This document shows, one piece after another, positions 8,729 to 20,230 of a stretch of DNA of 64,000 nucleotides. The notes below the pieces were generated by a model. It saw only the letters and a program-made list of their open reading frames with translations, ran no database searches and was not told where the DNA came from. Source of the stretch: Thermoplasmata archaeon (GTDB taxonomy: Archaea; Thermoplasmatota; E2; JACPAO01; JAHFTW01); NCBI GenBank assembly GCA_023269235.1, contig JAHFTW010000002.1:6067-70066 (forward strand). The letters run 5' to 3'. Both the position numbers and the translations under genes were made by a program. Numbering within the stretch: position 1 is the stretch's first letter; each line of letters begins with the position of its first letter.

Positions 8729-10198
8729 ATGTCGCACGCCCCCAGCACCGTCCGGGCCCTGATCGCCGAGGCCAAGCGCGGCGGCCGCCCGACCGCCATC
8801 CTGCTCAAGGAGGCCCGCTCCATCCCCGAGCCCTCGCACGCCGCGGAGGCGCTCTTCGGGCTCTCCGAGTTCGTGCAGGACAAGCAGGCCGGCCATGTGC
8901 TCGACGAGGTCGCCGACCTGGTGGGCACCATCGAGCGCGGCTGGCGCAAGGCCGAGGTGCTTTCCATGCTCGCGAAGAAGGGCCCGACGTGGCGTGACGG
9001 CGACGTGGGCCTCGACGAGACGCTCGCGCGCTTCCAAGACCGTGTCGTCCGCATCGCGTTCACCCTGGACGGCAAGGAGCTGCTGGAGGCGCTCCCGGCC
9101 GTGGCGCGCTGGTGCCCGCCCGAACTGATGCCCGAACTCCTACGCCACGCCCTCGAGAAAGGCTCCGACCCGCTCGAGGCCGGCAAGCGCGTGCTCGGGC
9201 TCGGCGAGGCGCCCGGCGTCGTGGAGGCCATCCGCTCGTGGCCCGACGCCTCCCTGCGCGCCCGCCTGCTTGCCTACCACCACAACCACAACCCGCAGCC
9301 GCTCCTGGAGGAGGCCATCGGCATCGCCGGGACACTGCCCGCCAAGGACCAAGTCGAGGTCATCCGCGGCATCGTCGCGAGCCTCGCCGGCGACGACCTC
9401 ACCATCGTGCACGAGGCCCTGGGTGACGACCCCGAGGTCCGCGCCCGCCTGCTGGCCGCCCTCGCCGCCCGCGCCGACAAGGTGGACCTGCCCGACCTGG
9501 CCGCCGCCTGGTTCGCGGAAGGCTTCGAGGTCGCCAAGACCGTGGCCGACCCCAAGGCCCGCGAGGCCATCGCCGGCAACATCTCCAAAGGCGCCGAGCG
9601 GCTGCGCACCGGCAAGCCCGCGCCCGCCTCCGCCCCCACGCCGCCCACGCCCGTGACGGCGATTCGCGCGGCGGCGCCGTCGAGCAAGCGCCCCATCCTC
9701 GCCATCGTGGACACCTACGACGGCAAGCTCGGCGAGACCCACTTGCGCGCCGTCGGCCGCGCCGCGCCCCTGTGCTGGGCCTTCGGGCTCGACCTGGCGC
9801 TCGTCGGCTTCCCCGGCGGCCTCGACCAGACCGTGCGCAAGGCCGCGAAAGAGACCCACATCGGCGAAGGCGAAGGCTACGTCTCCGAGCTCGCCGCGGC
9901 CGGCCGCATCCACTGGATCCCCGCCGGCGAGGACGGCTCGATGCCCACTTGGCCCGGCCTTCCCATCGCCACGACGCCGTCGCCGGACGTCCTCAAGGCC
10001 CTCGACTTCGCGACCGCCGCGGAGCGCGCCCACGGCCGCCCCCTCGTCGTGCTCATGGGCCTCGGAAAACGCGGCCTCCCCGCCTCCTGGCTCAAGGGGA
10101 TCCCCCACCATTTGGAGCTCACCGGAAAGCGCGTCAGCCTCGAGACGGCCACCGCCATGGGCATCCTGGCGGAGCGCATGCGCCTCCTGGCAACGTGA
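8729..10198 (+). CDS. helical-repeat N-terminal region fused to a DUF531 (predicted SPOUT-class RNA methyltransferase) domain
   Basis: C-terminal DTYD..ETHLRAVGRAAPLCWAF, ATTPSP, GLGKRGLP, HLELTGKRVSLETATAMG match archaeal DUF531; about 300 aa alpha-helical N-terminus. Confidence 0.72.
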   Translation: MSHAPSTVRALIAEAKRGGRPTAILLKEARSIPEPSHAAEALFGLSEFVQDKQAGHVLDEVADLVGTIERGWRKAEVLSMLAKKGPTWRDGDVGLDETLARFQDRVVRIAFTLDGKELLEALPAVARWCPPELMPELLRHALEKGSDPLEAGKRVLGLGEAPGVVEAIRSWPDASLRARLLAYHHNHNPQPLLEEAIGIAGTLPAKDQVEVIRGIVASLAGDDLTIVHEALGDDPEVRARLLAALAARADKVDLPDLAAAWFAEGFEVAKTVADPKAREAIAGNISKGAERLRTGKPAPASAPTPPTPVTAIRAAAPSSKRPILAIVDTYDGKLGETHLRAVGRAAPLCWAFGLDLALVGFPGGLDQTVRKAAKETHIGEGEGYVSELAAAGRIHWIPAGEDGSMPTWPGLPIATTPSPDVLKALDFATAAERAHGRPLVVLMGLGKRGLPASWLKGIPHHLELTGKRVSLETATAMGILAERMRLLAT

Positions 10199-10255
10199 AA
10201 CAAACCCCCCAAAAGAGTCAAAAGCCAGGAGCGAAGTGGGAGCTTGGTTGTCGCC

Positions 10256-11449
10256 ATGACCCGCCAAGCCCTTCTTGTCCTGCCCCTCCTGGTCGCTCTC
10301 TTCGCCGGTTGCACCGGCGTCGGGGGCGCCACCGCCCTTGGCCTGCGCTCGGTCGCCGATGGCGCCGCCGCTGACTGGGACTCGAACGCCCAGCTTGTGA
10401 GCGTCTTCGGACTCGAGGCCAACATCACCCTCCCCCCCGCCGCCCGCGAGGCCATCCGCGAGCAGGCCCAGAAGCAGGCCGACACCAACCCGGAGGCCAT
10501 CCTCGCCATCCTCTCCGACCCCGCCGTCGGCGACGGCGTCGCGCCCGGCTGGGGCTACGCCTACCTCTCCTCGAAAGGCGTTTACGGCGTCCTCGTCGGC
10601 GCCGACCGCTCCATCCTGTACAGCAAGCAGGTGGCCAACAGCACGGAGGCCGAAAGCGGCATGGCCCAGATCGAGAAGTCCGGCATCGACTTGCGCGCCG
10701 CGCTCAACGCATGGACCATCGACTCCGACAAGGCCTCCGCCAACCTGGCGGCCGCCAACTCCACCTTCGCCCAGCAGGTCGGCAAGCCGAACCAGGTCGC
10801 CACCTGGTTCCTCAACCCCGAGGACCGCACTTGGAACGTCCTACTCGCCCCGGCCAAGGGCCGCGGCGTCAGCCTGATGGCGAGCGTCTCGTACGAGGAC
10901 GGCACCGTCAAGTCGGTCCGCGTCATGGGCGCCAGGAACCTCAACATCAACGGCGTCAACGTCGACGTGCCGGACCAGTCGGCGTCCAAGCCGGCCGCCC
11001 AGGCGCCGAAGATCAAGCAGGAGGCCGGCACCGTCCAAGGCACCGTCTCCACGCTCTCGAACACGGACTCAGGCTCGTTCGACATCTCCAAGGTCCACAA
11101 AGACGGCGTCCTGGTCTTCTCGGCCCGTGACAGCGCCGCCGGCACCGGCCTCGGCACCATCACCATCACCGTGACGGACCCCAACGGGATGGAGTACCGT
11201 CAGACTCTGACCCCGACGTTCGGCTCACAGCAGAAGTCGCTGCCCTTCGATCCGACGACGGGCGACTGGAAGGTCCAGATGGTCTCGAGCGGCGTGACCC
11301 TCGGCCTGGACGGGACCGTCGCCTGGTGCACGGACGGCGTCCCGACGGCGGACTCCTCGCAGAACGAGGCCTGCCAACAGCTTTCCACGGAAGGAACTGC
11401 CTCGTCGGCGTCCCTCAGCGCGTGGCTGCCTTTCGCAGCCGCTCCATGA
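10256..11449 (+). CDS. putative lipoprotein or secreted protein
   Basis: Lipobox FAGC after a hydrophobic leader; Ser/Thr-rich beta-strand C-terminal domain. Confidence 0.65.
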   Translation: MTRQALLVLPLLVALFAGCTGVGGATALGLRSVADGAAADWDSNAQLVSVFGLEANITLPPAAREAIREQAQKQADTNPEAILAILSDPAVGDGVAPGWGYAYLSSKGVYGVLVGADRSILYSKQVANSTEAESGMAQIEKSGIDLRAALNAWTIDSDKASANLAAANSTFAQQVGKPNQVATWFLNPEDRTWNVLLAPAKGRGVSLMASVSYEDGTVKSVRVMGARNLNINGVNVDVPDQSASKPAAQAPKIKQEAGTVQGTVSTLSNTDSGSFDISKVHKDGVLVFSARDSAAGTGLGTITITVTDPNGMEYRQTLTPTFGSQQKSLPFDPTTGDWKVQMVSSGVTLGLDGTVAWCTDGVPTADSSQNEACQQLSTEGTASSASLSAWLPFAAAP

Positions 11450-12386
11450 CGGCGGCGCCCAAGCCGTCCTCCGGGATCGCCTCGACGACGATGGCGTCGT
11501 AGCCGACGTCCGCGTCGCGTAGCGCCGCGAAGAGCCGGTGCGCCCACGCTTTGGGGTCGTGGCGGGAGGCAACCACGGTGACGCCGTCGCCGCGCAGCCC
11601 GGACTCGGTGCTGACGAGCCACGCCGTGCGCGTGGCGCGGCGGCGCTCCTGGTCCCACAGCGCGCGCAAGGCGCCAGACGCGACGAGGCGTAGCGGCGTC
11701 TCCGGCGCGTAGTGGCGGTACTTCATCCCCGGTGCCAACGGGGCGGCTCCAGGAGCGGCATTGGCGAGCGGGCCCGCCACGGCCGCAATCTGCTCGGCGG
11801 GGACGCCGCCTTGCCGAAGCAGGGTGAGCTTGCCGCCGGGCCAGCCGACGACGGTGGACTCGAGGCCGACGTCGCAGGGGCCTCCGTCGAGGTACAGGGC
11901 GGCCCGCTCGCCGAGGTCGGCCACCGCGTCCGCGACGCGAGTCGGGCTGGGAAGCCCGCTGCGGTTGGCGCTCGGGGCCGCGATGGCGAGCCCGCTCGCG
12001 TGCAGAAGGGCCTGGGCGACGGGGTGGGCCGGCACGCGCAAGGCGACCGTGTCCAGGCCTGCGGAGCAGGTCGGCGCGGTGGCCCTCGAGCGCGGGACCA
12101 CGAGGGTGAGGGGGCCCGGCCAGAACCGCTTCGCGAGCTCCAGCGCGCCCTTGGGCCAGGGGCCGCTCACGGCTTGGGCGTGGGCGATGTCACGGCAGTG
12201 CACGATAACGGGGTTGTCCGCCGGGCGGCCCTTGGCGGCGAAGATGGAGCGCACGGCGTCGTCGTCGGCCGCGTCCGCCCCGAGTCCGTACACCGTCTCG
12301 GTGGGGAAGACGACGAGGCGGCCCGCCCGCAAATGGGCGGCGGCCTGCTGGACGGCGGCAGGGTCGCGGCCGTCGCGGACGTCCAC
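11415..12386 (-). CDS. sua5: L-threonylcarbamoyladenylate synthase, Sua5 type
   Basis: [36 protein letters not shown] and [10 protein letters not shown] linker. Confidence 0.93.
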   Translation of the reverse strand: MDVRDGRDPAAVQQAAAHLRAGRLVVFPTETVYGLGADAADDDAVRSIFAAKGRPADNPVIVHCRDIAHAQAVSGPWPKGALELAKRFWPGPLTLVVPRSRATAPTCSAGLDTVALRVPAHPVAQALLHASGLAIAAPSANRSGLPSPTRVADAVADLGERAALYLDGGPCDVGLESTVVGWPGGKLTLLRQGGVPAEQIAAVAGPLANAAPGAAPLAPGMKYRHYAPETPLRLVASGALRALWDQERRRATRTAWLVSTESGLRGDGVTVVASRHDPKAWAHRLFAALRDADVGYDAIVVEAIPEDGLGAAVMERLRKAATR

Positions 12387-12387
12387 G

Positions 12388-12858
12388 CTACTCCAGCTTC
12401 TCGGCGAGGACCTTCTGCATCTCGCTCGCCCGGTGCTCGACAAGCTTCTTGGCGAGCGCCGGGTCGGCGACGGCGAGCATCTGCGCGGCGAGGAGGCCGG
12501 CGTTGCCGGCGCCGTTGATGGCGACGGTGGCGACGGGGACGCCCTTGGGCATCTGGACCATGGCGAGCAACGAGTCGAGGCCATCCAGGTACTTGCCCGC
12601 GATGGGGAGGGCGATGACGGGGCGGGTGGTGAGGCTCGCGACCACGCCGGCAAGGTGGGCGGCGCCGCCGGCGGCGCAGATGAAGACCTTGGCGGGGGAG
12701 GCGTCCACGTAGGTGTGGAGCGGCCCGGGAGCGCGGTGCGCAGAGAGGACCTTCGCCTCGGTCGTGACGCCGAGCGCGGTCAGCTGGTCGCGGGCGGCCT
12801 TGACGACCTCCCAGTCGGACTTCGAGCCCATGAGAATAGAGACCTGGACGGTGCTCAT
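12388..12858 (-). CDS. purE: N5-CAIR mutase
   Basis: [31 protein letters not shown]. Confidence 0.95.
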   Translation of the reverse strand: MSTVQVSILMGSKSDWEVVKAARDQLTALGVTTEAKVLSAHRAPGPLHTYVDASPAKVFICAAGGAAHLAGVVASLTTRPVIALPIAGKYLDGLDSLLAMVQMPKGVPVATVAINGAGNAGLLAAQMLAVADPALAKKLVEHRASEMQKVLAEKLE

Positions 12859-12921
12859 CGGGTCGGGCACAGGGCCGTCGGAGAAAAGGGTTGGCGGCCC
12901 CTCCTCCTGGTGCTCCCAGGC

Positions 12922-14367
<1,446 letters not shown>

Positions 14368-14392
14368 GGTTGTCTCGGGTCGGGGGCGGATA

Positions 14393-14461
14393 GCGCCGCC
14401 CTGGCCCGGGATTGCGTCCCGATGTGCAAGCGTGCCTTGTCGCGGGGACAAAGGGCGGCGC
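14393..14461 (-). ncRNA. candidate structured 5'-leader RNA of the DEAD-box helicase
   Basis: Perfect 10-bp stem (14393-14402 with 14452-14461) enclosing two 5-bp hairpins; lies between a TTAA box (14513-14516) and the ATG. Confidence 0.45.
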
Positions 14462-14934
14462 CGCTTGCGGCCACTCCGTTCTGACTTGGACTGCGCCGCA
14501 GTGGGCGAGGTGTTAAGGGTGCCGGTCGCGGCGACGGGGCCCACGTTTCGGGCAGTCCGCTGCGGAACGCTGTGGGCGTCGGCACCGCACTCTTGGTCCA
14601 GAGGACCCCTGGTCTGTTTTCCGGATTTTGGGATGCGAGTCAAGGGGCCTGGCATGTGTCGGGAACGAAACGGGGTTCCAGACGCGACGAGCCACTCCTG
14701 TGGTTCCTTGGCCCAGACGTCCTTCACCGTGCTGCGCTCGACTTCGGCCACGGCGACCCCGCGCCATCGCGGCGCGGGCGTGCGGGTTGGTCCGGGAGCC
14801 GATGTCCCGGACGGGGACAAGCCACGGCGGCATCCACGATCCTCAGAGTGCCGGCGGTGAGGACGGAGGCGGCATGCTGTCCCTCGTGACGACGACGAAG
14901 CCCAGCAAGACGCGCGGGCGGCAGCTCACCTCGC

Positions 14935-16749
14935 CTAGGCCGTCGGCGAGCGGAACGAGGCCGGGCTCGCACGATGGACTTCAGGCGCGCGCCTGGTGCG
15001 GGCCGCCTGCAAAACGCCCGCCAAATCCGCGCGGGTCACAAGACCGACCAGCCGCCCTGGCTCATCGCCTGCCACGACGGGCAAGGCGTTCAGGTTCCGT
15101 TCCAGGAGCGCCGAGAGCGTCTGGAACAGGTCGTCCTCCGGTCGGGCCACCACCAGGTCGCGGGCCATGACGTCGCGCACCGTTCGGTTGGGCCGATCGG
15201 CCTCGGGGACGCGCTGCAGGTCGCGCAGCGCCGCGATCCCGATGAGCTTCCCATCCTCCAGGACCGGGAGTGTCCAGATGTCGGTCTTCTGCAGGAAGAC
15301 CAGGGCGTCGGGAAGCGGCGTGTCGAGGGAAACGGTGGGAGGATTCGGGTGGAGCACGTCGCGGACGCGGTGCTGGTGCAGCACGAGGGCCTCGAACTCG
15401 TCCGCGTGCGCGGGGGACGCCAAGCGGTTCTTGACTTGGCTGGCGAACATGCTCTTGTGCCCGGAAAGCAGGAAGGAGAACATGACGGCGACCATGGAGG
15501 GTCCGAGCAGACCGTAGCCGCCCGTCATCTCGACGACCATGATGATGGTCCCAATGGGCGCCTTGGCGGCCCCGGCGAAGTAGGCAATCATCCCGACGAT
15601 GGCGAACGGCGCGATGTCGGGGACGACGCTTGGCCACACCGAATACGCCACGCTTCCGAAGCCGGCGCCCAGGAACCCTCCGACCACCAGGCTCGGGCCG
15701 AAGATGCCGCCCGATCCGCCGGACCCCATGGTCAACGTGATTCCGATGAGCTCCGCGGCGGCGGCGACGAGGAACAAAACCGCGGTGGGCACAAGGGTGC
15801 TCGTGGAGATGGGCTGGTGCAACAGCGCGAGCTGGAGCCACCCCGCACCGGTGCCCAGGACGTTCGTGAACCCGAACGCCTCGAACGTCGCCAGCGCCAC
15901 GAGCCCCACGAGAAGCCCGCCGACGGGGGCCGTGAGGTAGAGTGGGAACCGCTTGAAGAACGACTGCGTCGGGTAGAAGATCCGGATGGCCAGACGGGCC
16001 GCCAGCCCGCACACGGTCCCCAGGACCGCATAGAGGAGCAACGTGATCGGCGCCCCGAAGCTGAAGGGGTCCACTCCAGTTTGGAAGATGGGTTGCCATC
16101 CGGTCGCGAACCCAACCACACTGTATCCGACGACGGAGGCGACCAGCGTCGGAACGAGCGCGTCGACCTCGAAATCCTCCCGGTAGAACACCTCGGCGGC
16201 GATGATGGCCCCCGCGAGCGGGGCCTTGAACATGGCGGAGATTCCGGCCCCAAGGCCGGCCGCCATCGCCAGCCCATGCTCCTGGGCCGAAAAACGGAGC
16301 TTGCGTGCGATCCAGGACCCGGTGCCCGCGCCCACTTGGGCGATGGGGCCTTCGCGACCGCTGGTACCGCCGCTGCCGATGGTCAGCGCGCTGGAGACGA
16401 GCTTGACGAGCGTCGTCTTGACCGAGATGGCCTCCTGGCGATGGAACGCGCGGATGGCGGCATCGGTTCCGATGCCCGCGGCTTGCGGGGCCAGCTTCCA
16501 GACGAGCAAACCGGCCAACAGGCCGCCGAGGGCCGGGACGAGCGGGAGGAGCCACGGATGGGTGAGGACGGCAGCGTGGCCCCCCTCGGGAGCCTGGTAC
16601 CCGGCGATGGATTCCAGAAGGAAGTGGGAGGCGGTGCGGATGGACCACAAAAACAGGATGGCGGCGCCCCCCGCGGCGGCTCCGACGGCCGCGCCCATGA
16701 GAACCCATTTGCGAAGCGTGCGCGTCTCTTGTTCGACCTGGACGGGCAC
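14935..16749 (-). CDS. CLC family chloride channel/antiporter with tandem CBS domains
   Basis: GxGTD, GREGP, FKAPLAG and GGIFGP motifs; C-terminal CBS pair; start uncertain (16749 or 16806). Confidence 0.9.
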   Translation of the reverse strand: MPVQVEQETRTLRKWVLMGAAVGAAAGGAAILFLWSIRTASHFLLESIAGYQAPEGGHAAVLTHPWLLPLVPALGGLLAGLLVWKLAPQAAGIGTDAAIRAFHRQEAISVKTTLVKLVSSALTIGSGGTSGREGPIAQVGAGTGSWIARKLRFSAQEHGLAMAAGLGAGISAMFKAPLAGAIIAAEVFYREDFEVDALVPTLVASVVGYSVVGFATGWQPIFQTGVDPFSFGAPITLLLYAVLGTVCGLAARLAIRIFYPTQSFFKRFPLYLTAPVGGLLVGLVALATFEAFGFTNVLGTGAGWLQLALLHQPISTSTLVPTAVLFLVAAAAELIGITLTMGSGGSGGIFGPSLVVGGFLGAGFGSVAYSVWPSVVPDIAPFAIVGMIAYFAGAAKAPIGTIIMVVEMTGGYGLLGPSMVAVMFSFLLSGHKSMFASQVKNRLASPAHADEFEALVLHQHRVRDVLHPNPPTVSLDTPLPDALVFLQKTDIWTLPVLEDGKLIGIAALRDLQRVPEADRPNRTVRDVMARDLVVARPEDDLFQTLSALLERNLNALPVVAGDEPGRLVGLVTRADLAGVLQAARTRRAPEVHRASPASFRSPTA

Positions 16750-16938
16750 CCGGATGCGCGGCGTTGGGATCCGGAAAAATGCCCGCCCCCGTGCGGGGGC
16801 GTCCATTGCTCTCGTGGCCCGGCTAACCGCGGCGAACCTTAACGTTGTGTTCGAGTCGCGGCTCGGGATTCCTTCTCTGGAAAACGGGCTTGACATGTTC
16901 AGGGGAAAGCCCCTTAGGTGCCACACGCATCCAGCACC

Positions 16939-17397
16939 ATGAGCCAGTTCAGCTGGGCCAAAACCGTGCCGCTTCCGCCGCACGAAGTCTTCGCCGTGTT
17001 GTCCGACACGGACAAGCTCCAGGATTGGAATCCCATCATGGAGGAGGTCGAGCATGTCTCGGATCGCCCCCTGATGCCGGGCGCGGCCTGGATCGAGAAG
17101 AAGAAAAGCCCGGACGGTCACGGCACGTATCGGGCGGCGGTGCGCGTCGTGGAGTTCGACGAGGGGAAGACCCTGTCCTGCATGTTCGAAAGTGACCGCG
17201 CCACGGTCCAGCGCCGCTATGACCTTCATCCCAACGAGCGGGGCACGCGGGTGTCGTACACGTTGCGCGTCGCGCCGCGTGGCTGGATTCGCCGGTTCTC
17301 GGGCGCGTTCGAGACCGCGCTCGTCCGGCACGAGGAAGGCGCCCTGTCGCGGTTCGCCACGTTCATCATGCGCAACCGCGACCCCGTCGATCCCTGA
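16939..17397 (+). CDS. SRPBCC (polyketide cyclase-like) protein
   Basis: PPHEVFAVLSD...WNP and GTRVSY pattern, 152 aa. Confidence 0.75.
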   Translation: MSQFSWAKTVPLPPHEVFAVLSDTDKLQDWNPIMEEVEHVSDRPLMPGAAWIEKKKSPDGHGTYRAAVRVVEFDEGKTLSCMFESDRATVQRRYDLHPNERGTRVSYTLRVAPRGWIRRFSGAFETALVRHEEGALSRFATFIMRNRDPVDP

Positions 17398-17405
17398 TCG
17401 AAGTC

Positions 17406-18860
17406 TTAGGTCCGATCGCGGTCCTCGTCGGGGGCCGGCTTGTCCTTGCGGGCTTGCCGCGCCGCGAAAGGCCAGGCCATCAGCTCGACCGAGTAGGAGA
17501 CGGCGTGGATGAGCCCGCGGATGCCCGCGACGGAGGACATCTGGTGGACCTCGCGGCGCATGGCGCGCGCGACATCGACGATGCGCCGCCCCTGCGGGTC
17601 CTGCATGCGGGCCACGGCCAGGCCGGCGGCGAGGCAGAGCCCGAGCGACACGACGCAGAGGAGCTGGAATCCCCGGAACTCCCATCCGCCCAACCCAGGA
17701 ATGGTGCCGGTCCAGAGGACGCCCGCGCCGATGGATTGCCAGATGGCGCCCGCGGCCAGGACGCCGACGCCGCTGGCCGCCGCACGGACGAACGAGATAC
17801 CCGCCAAATGGGCCGCCTCGTTGCCTGACGGTGCGGAGCGCAGGAGCAGGTTGGTGCTTGCCAACTCGATTCCGCCGAGCGCGAAGCCGGCCAGGAAATG
17901 CAGCACCAGCAAGGCCGCGAAGAGGCTGGGACCCGCGCTCCAGCCCGCGAGGGACCACCCTGCCATCGTGAACGCCAGGATGCCCATGGAGATGGACAGC
18001 AAGCTCCGGTCGCCGTGCTTGTCCGAGATGAGCGCCCAGCCCCGCAAGCCGGCCAGGTAGGCAAGCTGACTCGTGACGGCCATCGTGGTGACCGCGAGGA
18101 AGCTATACCCAACCCCGCGCAGCAGGTACACGGCCGTGAAGGGGAGCGCGAAGGTCGCGGCCACGCTGGCCATCGAGAGGGACGTCACGAGAAGGCGGGG
18201 CGCGCTCTTCAGCGCCAGGGGGATGCGCCGAAGCGACCCGGCCGCCGACGGACTGGGGGGAGGACGCACGTGCGGCGTTCGAGCCAGGGCGACGAGACCC
18301 AGCAGGCCCGCCAAGCCTCCTGCCCCGAAGAGCACCGCGTAGCCCCACGGCGAGTGGCCGCCCTGGATGAACCGGTCCAGCATGGCCCCCGCAAGAAGGA
18401 TCGTGCCCAGCGTGGCGAAGGTGGCGCCGCGCAGACGCTGCCCGAAGAAGGAGCCCAGTTCCCGGGTCGGGATGAGGTCGCGAATCCACCAGTTCCAAGC
18501 GGCGGTGGCGACGACCGTGAGCAGGGCGGCGGCGCCAAGCACCCCGATGAGCAGCGTCTCGGTCACGGCGGCGGGCGAAGCCACCAGGAGCAGCGCGATG
18601 ACCAGGAGCAGGGTCCGCGATGCACCGGCCGTCCACAGCACGATGCGGCGCCGGTCGGTCCACTTGAGCAAGATGGCGACGGCGGGCAATTGGGCGACTT
18701 GCGCCAGGAAGGGAAGCGAGGCGAGCACCGCGAGCCCGAGATTGTCAGCCCCCACCAGCAGGCCCAGCCCGGCAAGGAACGACCCGCCCGTGAGCGCGTC
18801 CATGAGGCGGGAGAAGACCGCGTCAGCCAGAAGGGGCCGGCGAATCGCCGGATCGATCAT
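17406..18860 (-). CDS. MFS transporter
   Basis: About 12 TM helices, WALISDKHGDR loop; start overlaps the upstream stop (ATGA). Confidence 0.8.
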   Translation of the reverse strand: MIDPAIRRPLLADAVFSRLMDALTGGSFLAGLGLLVGADNLGLAVLASLPFLAQVAQLPAVAILLKWTDRRRIVLWTAGASRTLLLVIALLLVASPAAVTETLLIGVLGAAALLTVVATAAWNWWIRDLIPTRELGSFFGQRLRGATFATLGTILLAGAMLDRFIQGGHSPWGYAVLFGAGGLAGLLGLVALARTPHVRPPPSPSAAGSLRRIPLALKSAPRLLVTSLSMASVAATFALPFTAVYLLRGVGYSFLAVTTMAVTSQLAYLAGLRGWALISDKHGDRSLLSISMGILAFTMAGWSLAGWSAGPSLFAALLVLHFLAGFALGGIELASTNLLLRSAPSGNEAAHLAGISFVRAAASGVGVLAAGAIWQSIGAGVLWTGTIPGLGGWEFRGFQLLCVVSLGLCLAAGLAVARMQDPQGRRIVDVARAMRREVHQMSSVAGIRGLIHAVSYSVELMAWPFAARQARKDKPAPDEDRDRT

Positions 18861-20230
18861 GGGGCCGGAGACCCCGAATCGGCGCCCAGGACGTGCGCGC
18901 GGAAGCCGGCCAGCGCCTCGTCGAGGACCTCCTTGATGCGGGGGCCGGCGGCTTGCGCGGTGAAGTTGGGGAGCGTGACGTTCCCGGTTTCTCCCATGCG
19001 CCGCGTGGCCTCGGGGTCGCTCAGGACCCGGTCCATCGCGTCCGCGAAGGCCGCCTCGTTGCCGGCGGGGAACACCAGTCCGTTCACGCCGTGGTTGACG
19101 ATCTCGCTGGCCCCGATGCCGTCGGAGATGATCGCCGGTCGCTTGTAGATCCAGCCTTCGAGGGGCGTCAACCCGAAGCCTTCGATGTCGCTGGGCAGCA
19201 AGACGGCCGTGCAGCGGGCGTACGCGGCGGCCAGGAGGTCGTCTGGCACCCAATGGGCGAACACGACGCGGTCCCGGAGTCCCAGCTTCTGCGTCTCCGC
19301 CTCGACCGTCGCTCGCCACCGATCCGCCTTGCCCGGTCCGGTCGTGGCCCCGAGCTTTCCGCTGAAGCTGCCGTTCCCGATGAACGCGATCCTCGCCGTG
19401 GGATGCTTCTTGGCGACGCGGGCGAAGGCGCGGACGGCCAGGTCGTGGCGCTTCATCGGATCCATGCGGGCCACCATGAGGAACAAGGGGGCGTCCTCCG
19501 GCAGATGCCACGCCTCCTCGAGGCGTCGCAGGCCTTCTTGTGTGGCGGAGGGCCAATCCTGGGGGTCGATGTGGGGGTAGATCTGGCGGACCTTGCCATG
19601 GAAGCCGGCGTCCATCAGTCCTTGCAGGTCGCGGCGCGTGCTGACGATGACCGCGTCGAAGTCCTCCATCGCCCGGAGCAGGAACTGCCGCGTGTACGGG
19701 GGCATGCGCTTGGGGTCCCAGGGGACGTGCCAACGCAACACGCAGGGCGCGGCGGGACCAATGAGGCCGCCCACTTGCATGAGCTGGAAGTCGTGGATGT
19801 ACGCGAGCTCCAAGTCGCTTCCGTGCTCAAGGAGCGCGTCCGCCGTGCGCGCATTGTAGCGGGCGTATTGGCGGAAGTCCTCCGCCTGGAGGGGCGCGTG
19901 CGGGAGCCCGTGGATGTCGGCCCACAGTTTCTCCTTGCTCCGTCCGTAGGCCTCGAGGGCCACGGGGTTCATGTCCAGGTGGTGCAGGGTCACGTTCCCG
20001 CCATCCATCGGGACGACGGAGGGGGCGCCGGGGTTGAGGGAATACCAGTGCGCGTGGTTGAGGAACCCGGCCGCTCGCAGGTGCTGCAGCGTGGGGAGGA
20101 CCATGCGGCAGACGCCGCCAGGGGACAGCCGGTGGGGCGGCAAGCCGGGGCCGGCGGGCCCGGGCTGGCTTCCTTTGGCATCAAAGCGCAGGAGCGGGGT
20201 CTGCGTCGAGACGACCATGTTGATGCTCAC
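18857..20230 (-). CDS. GT4 glycosyltransferase, trehalose synthase (TreT)/TPS-like
   Basis: SPGGV, IHDFQ, RWHVPW, ARMDPMK and EGFGLTPLEG motifs. Confidence 0.82.
   Translation of the reverse strand: MSINMVVSTQTPLLRFDAKGSQPGPAGPGLPPHRLSPGGVCRMVLPTLQHLRAAGFLNHAHWYSLNPGAPSVVPMDGGNVTLHHLDMNPVALEAYGRSKEKLWADIHGLPHAPLQAEDFRQYARYNARTADALLEHGSDLELAYIHDFQLMQVGGLIGPAAPCVLRWHVPWDPKRMPPYTRQFLLRAMEDFDAVIVSTRRDLQGLMDAGFHGKVRQIYPHIDPQDWPSATQEGLRRLEEAWHLPEDAPLFLMVARMDPMKRHDLAVRAFARVAKKHPTARIAFIGNGSFSGKLGATTGPGKADRWRATVEAETQKLGLRDRVVFAHWVPDDLLAAAYARCTAVLLPSDIEGFGLTPLEGWIYKRPAIISDGIGASEIVNHGVNGLVFPAGNEAAFADAMDRVLSDPEATRRMGETGNVTLPNFTAQAAGPRIKEVLDEALAGFRAHVLGADSGSPAP

Noticed and set aside
14368-14820. In-frame N-terminal extension of the DEAD-box helicase, including a VERSTVKDVWAKE segment faintly like DUF4268-type N-termini
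   Set aside because: Promoter-like TTAA and a structured leader lie within it, and the similarity is too short to call a gene or pseudogene.
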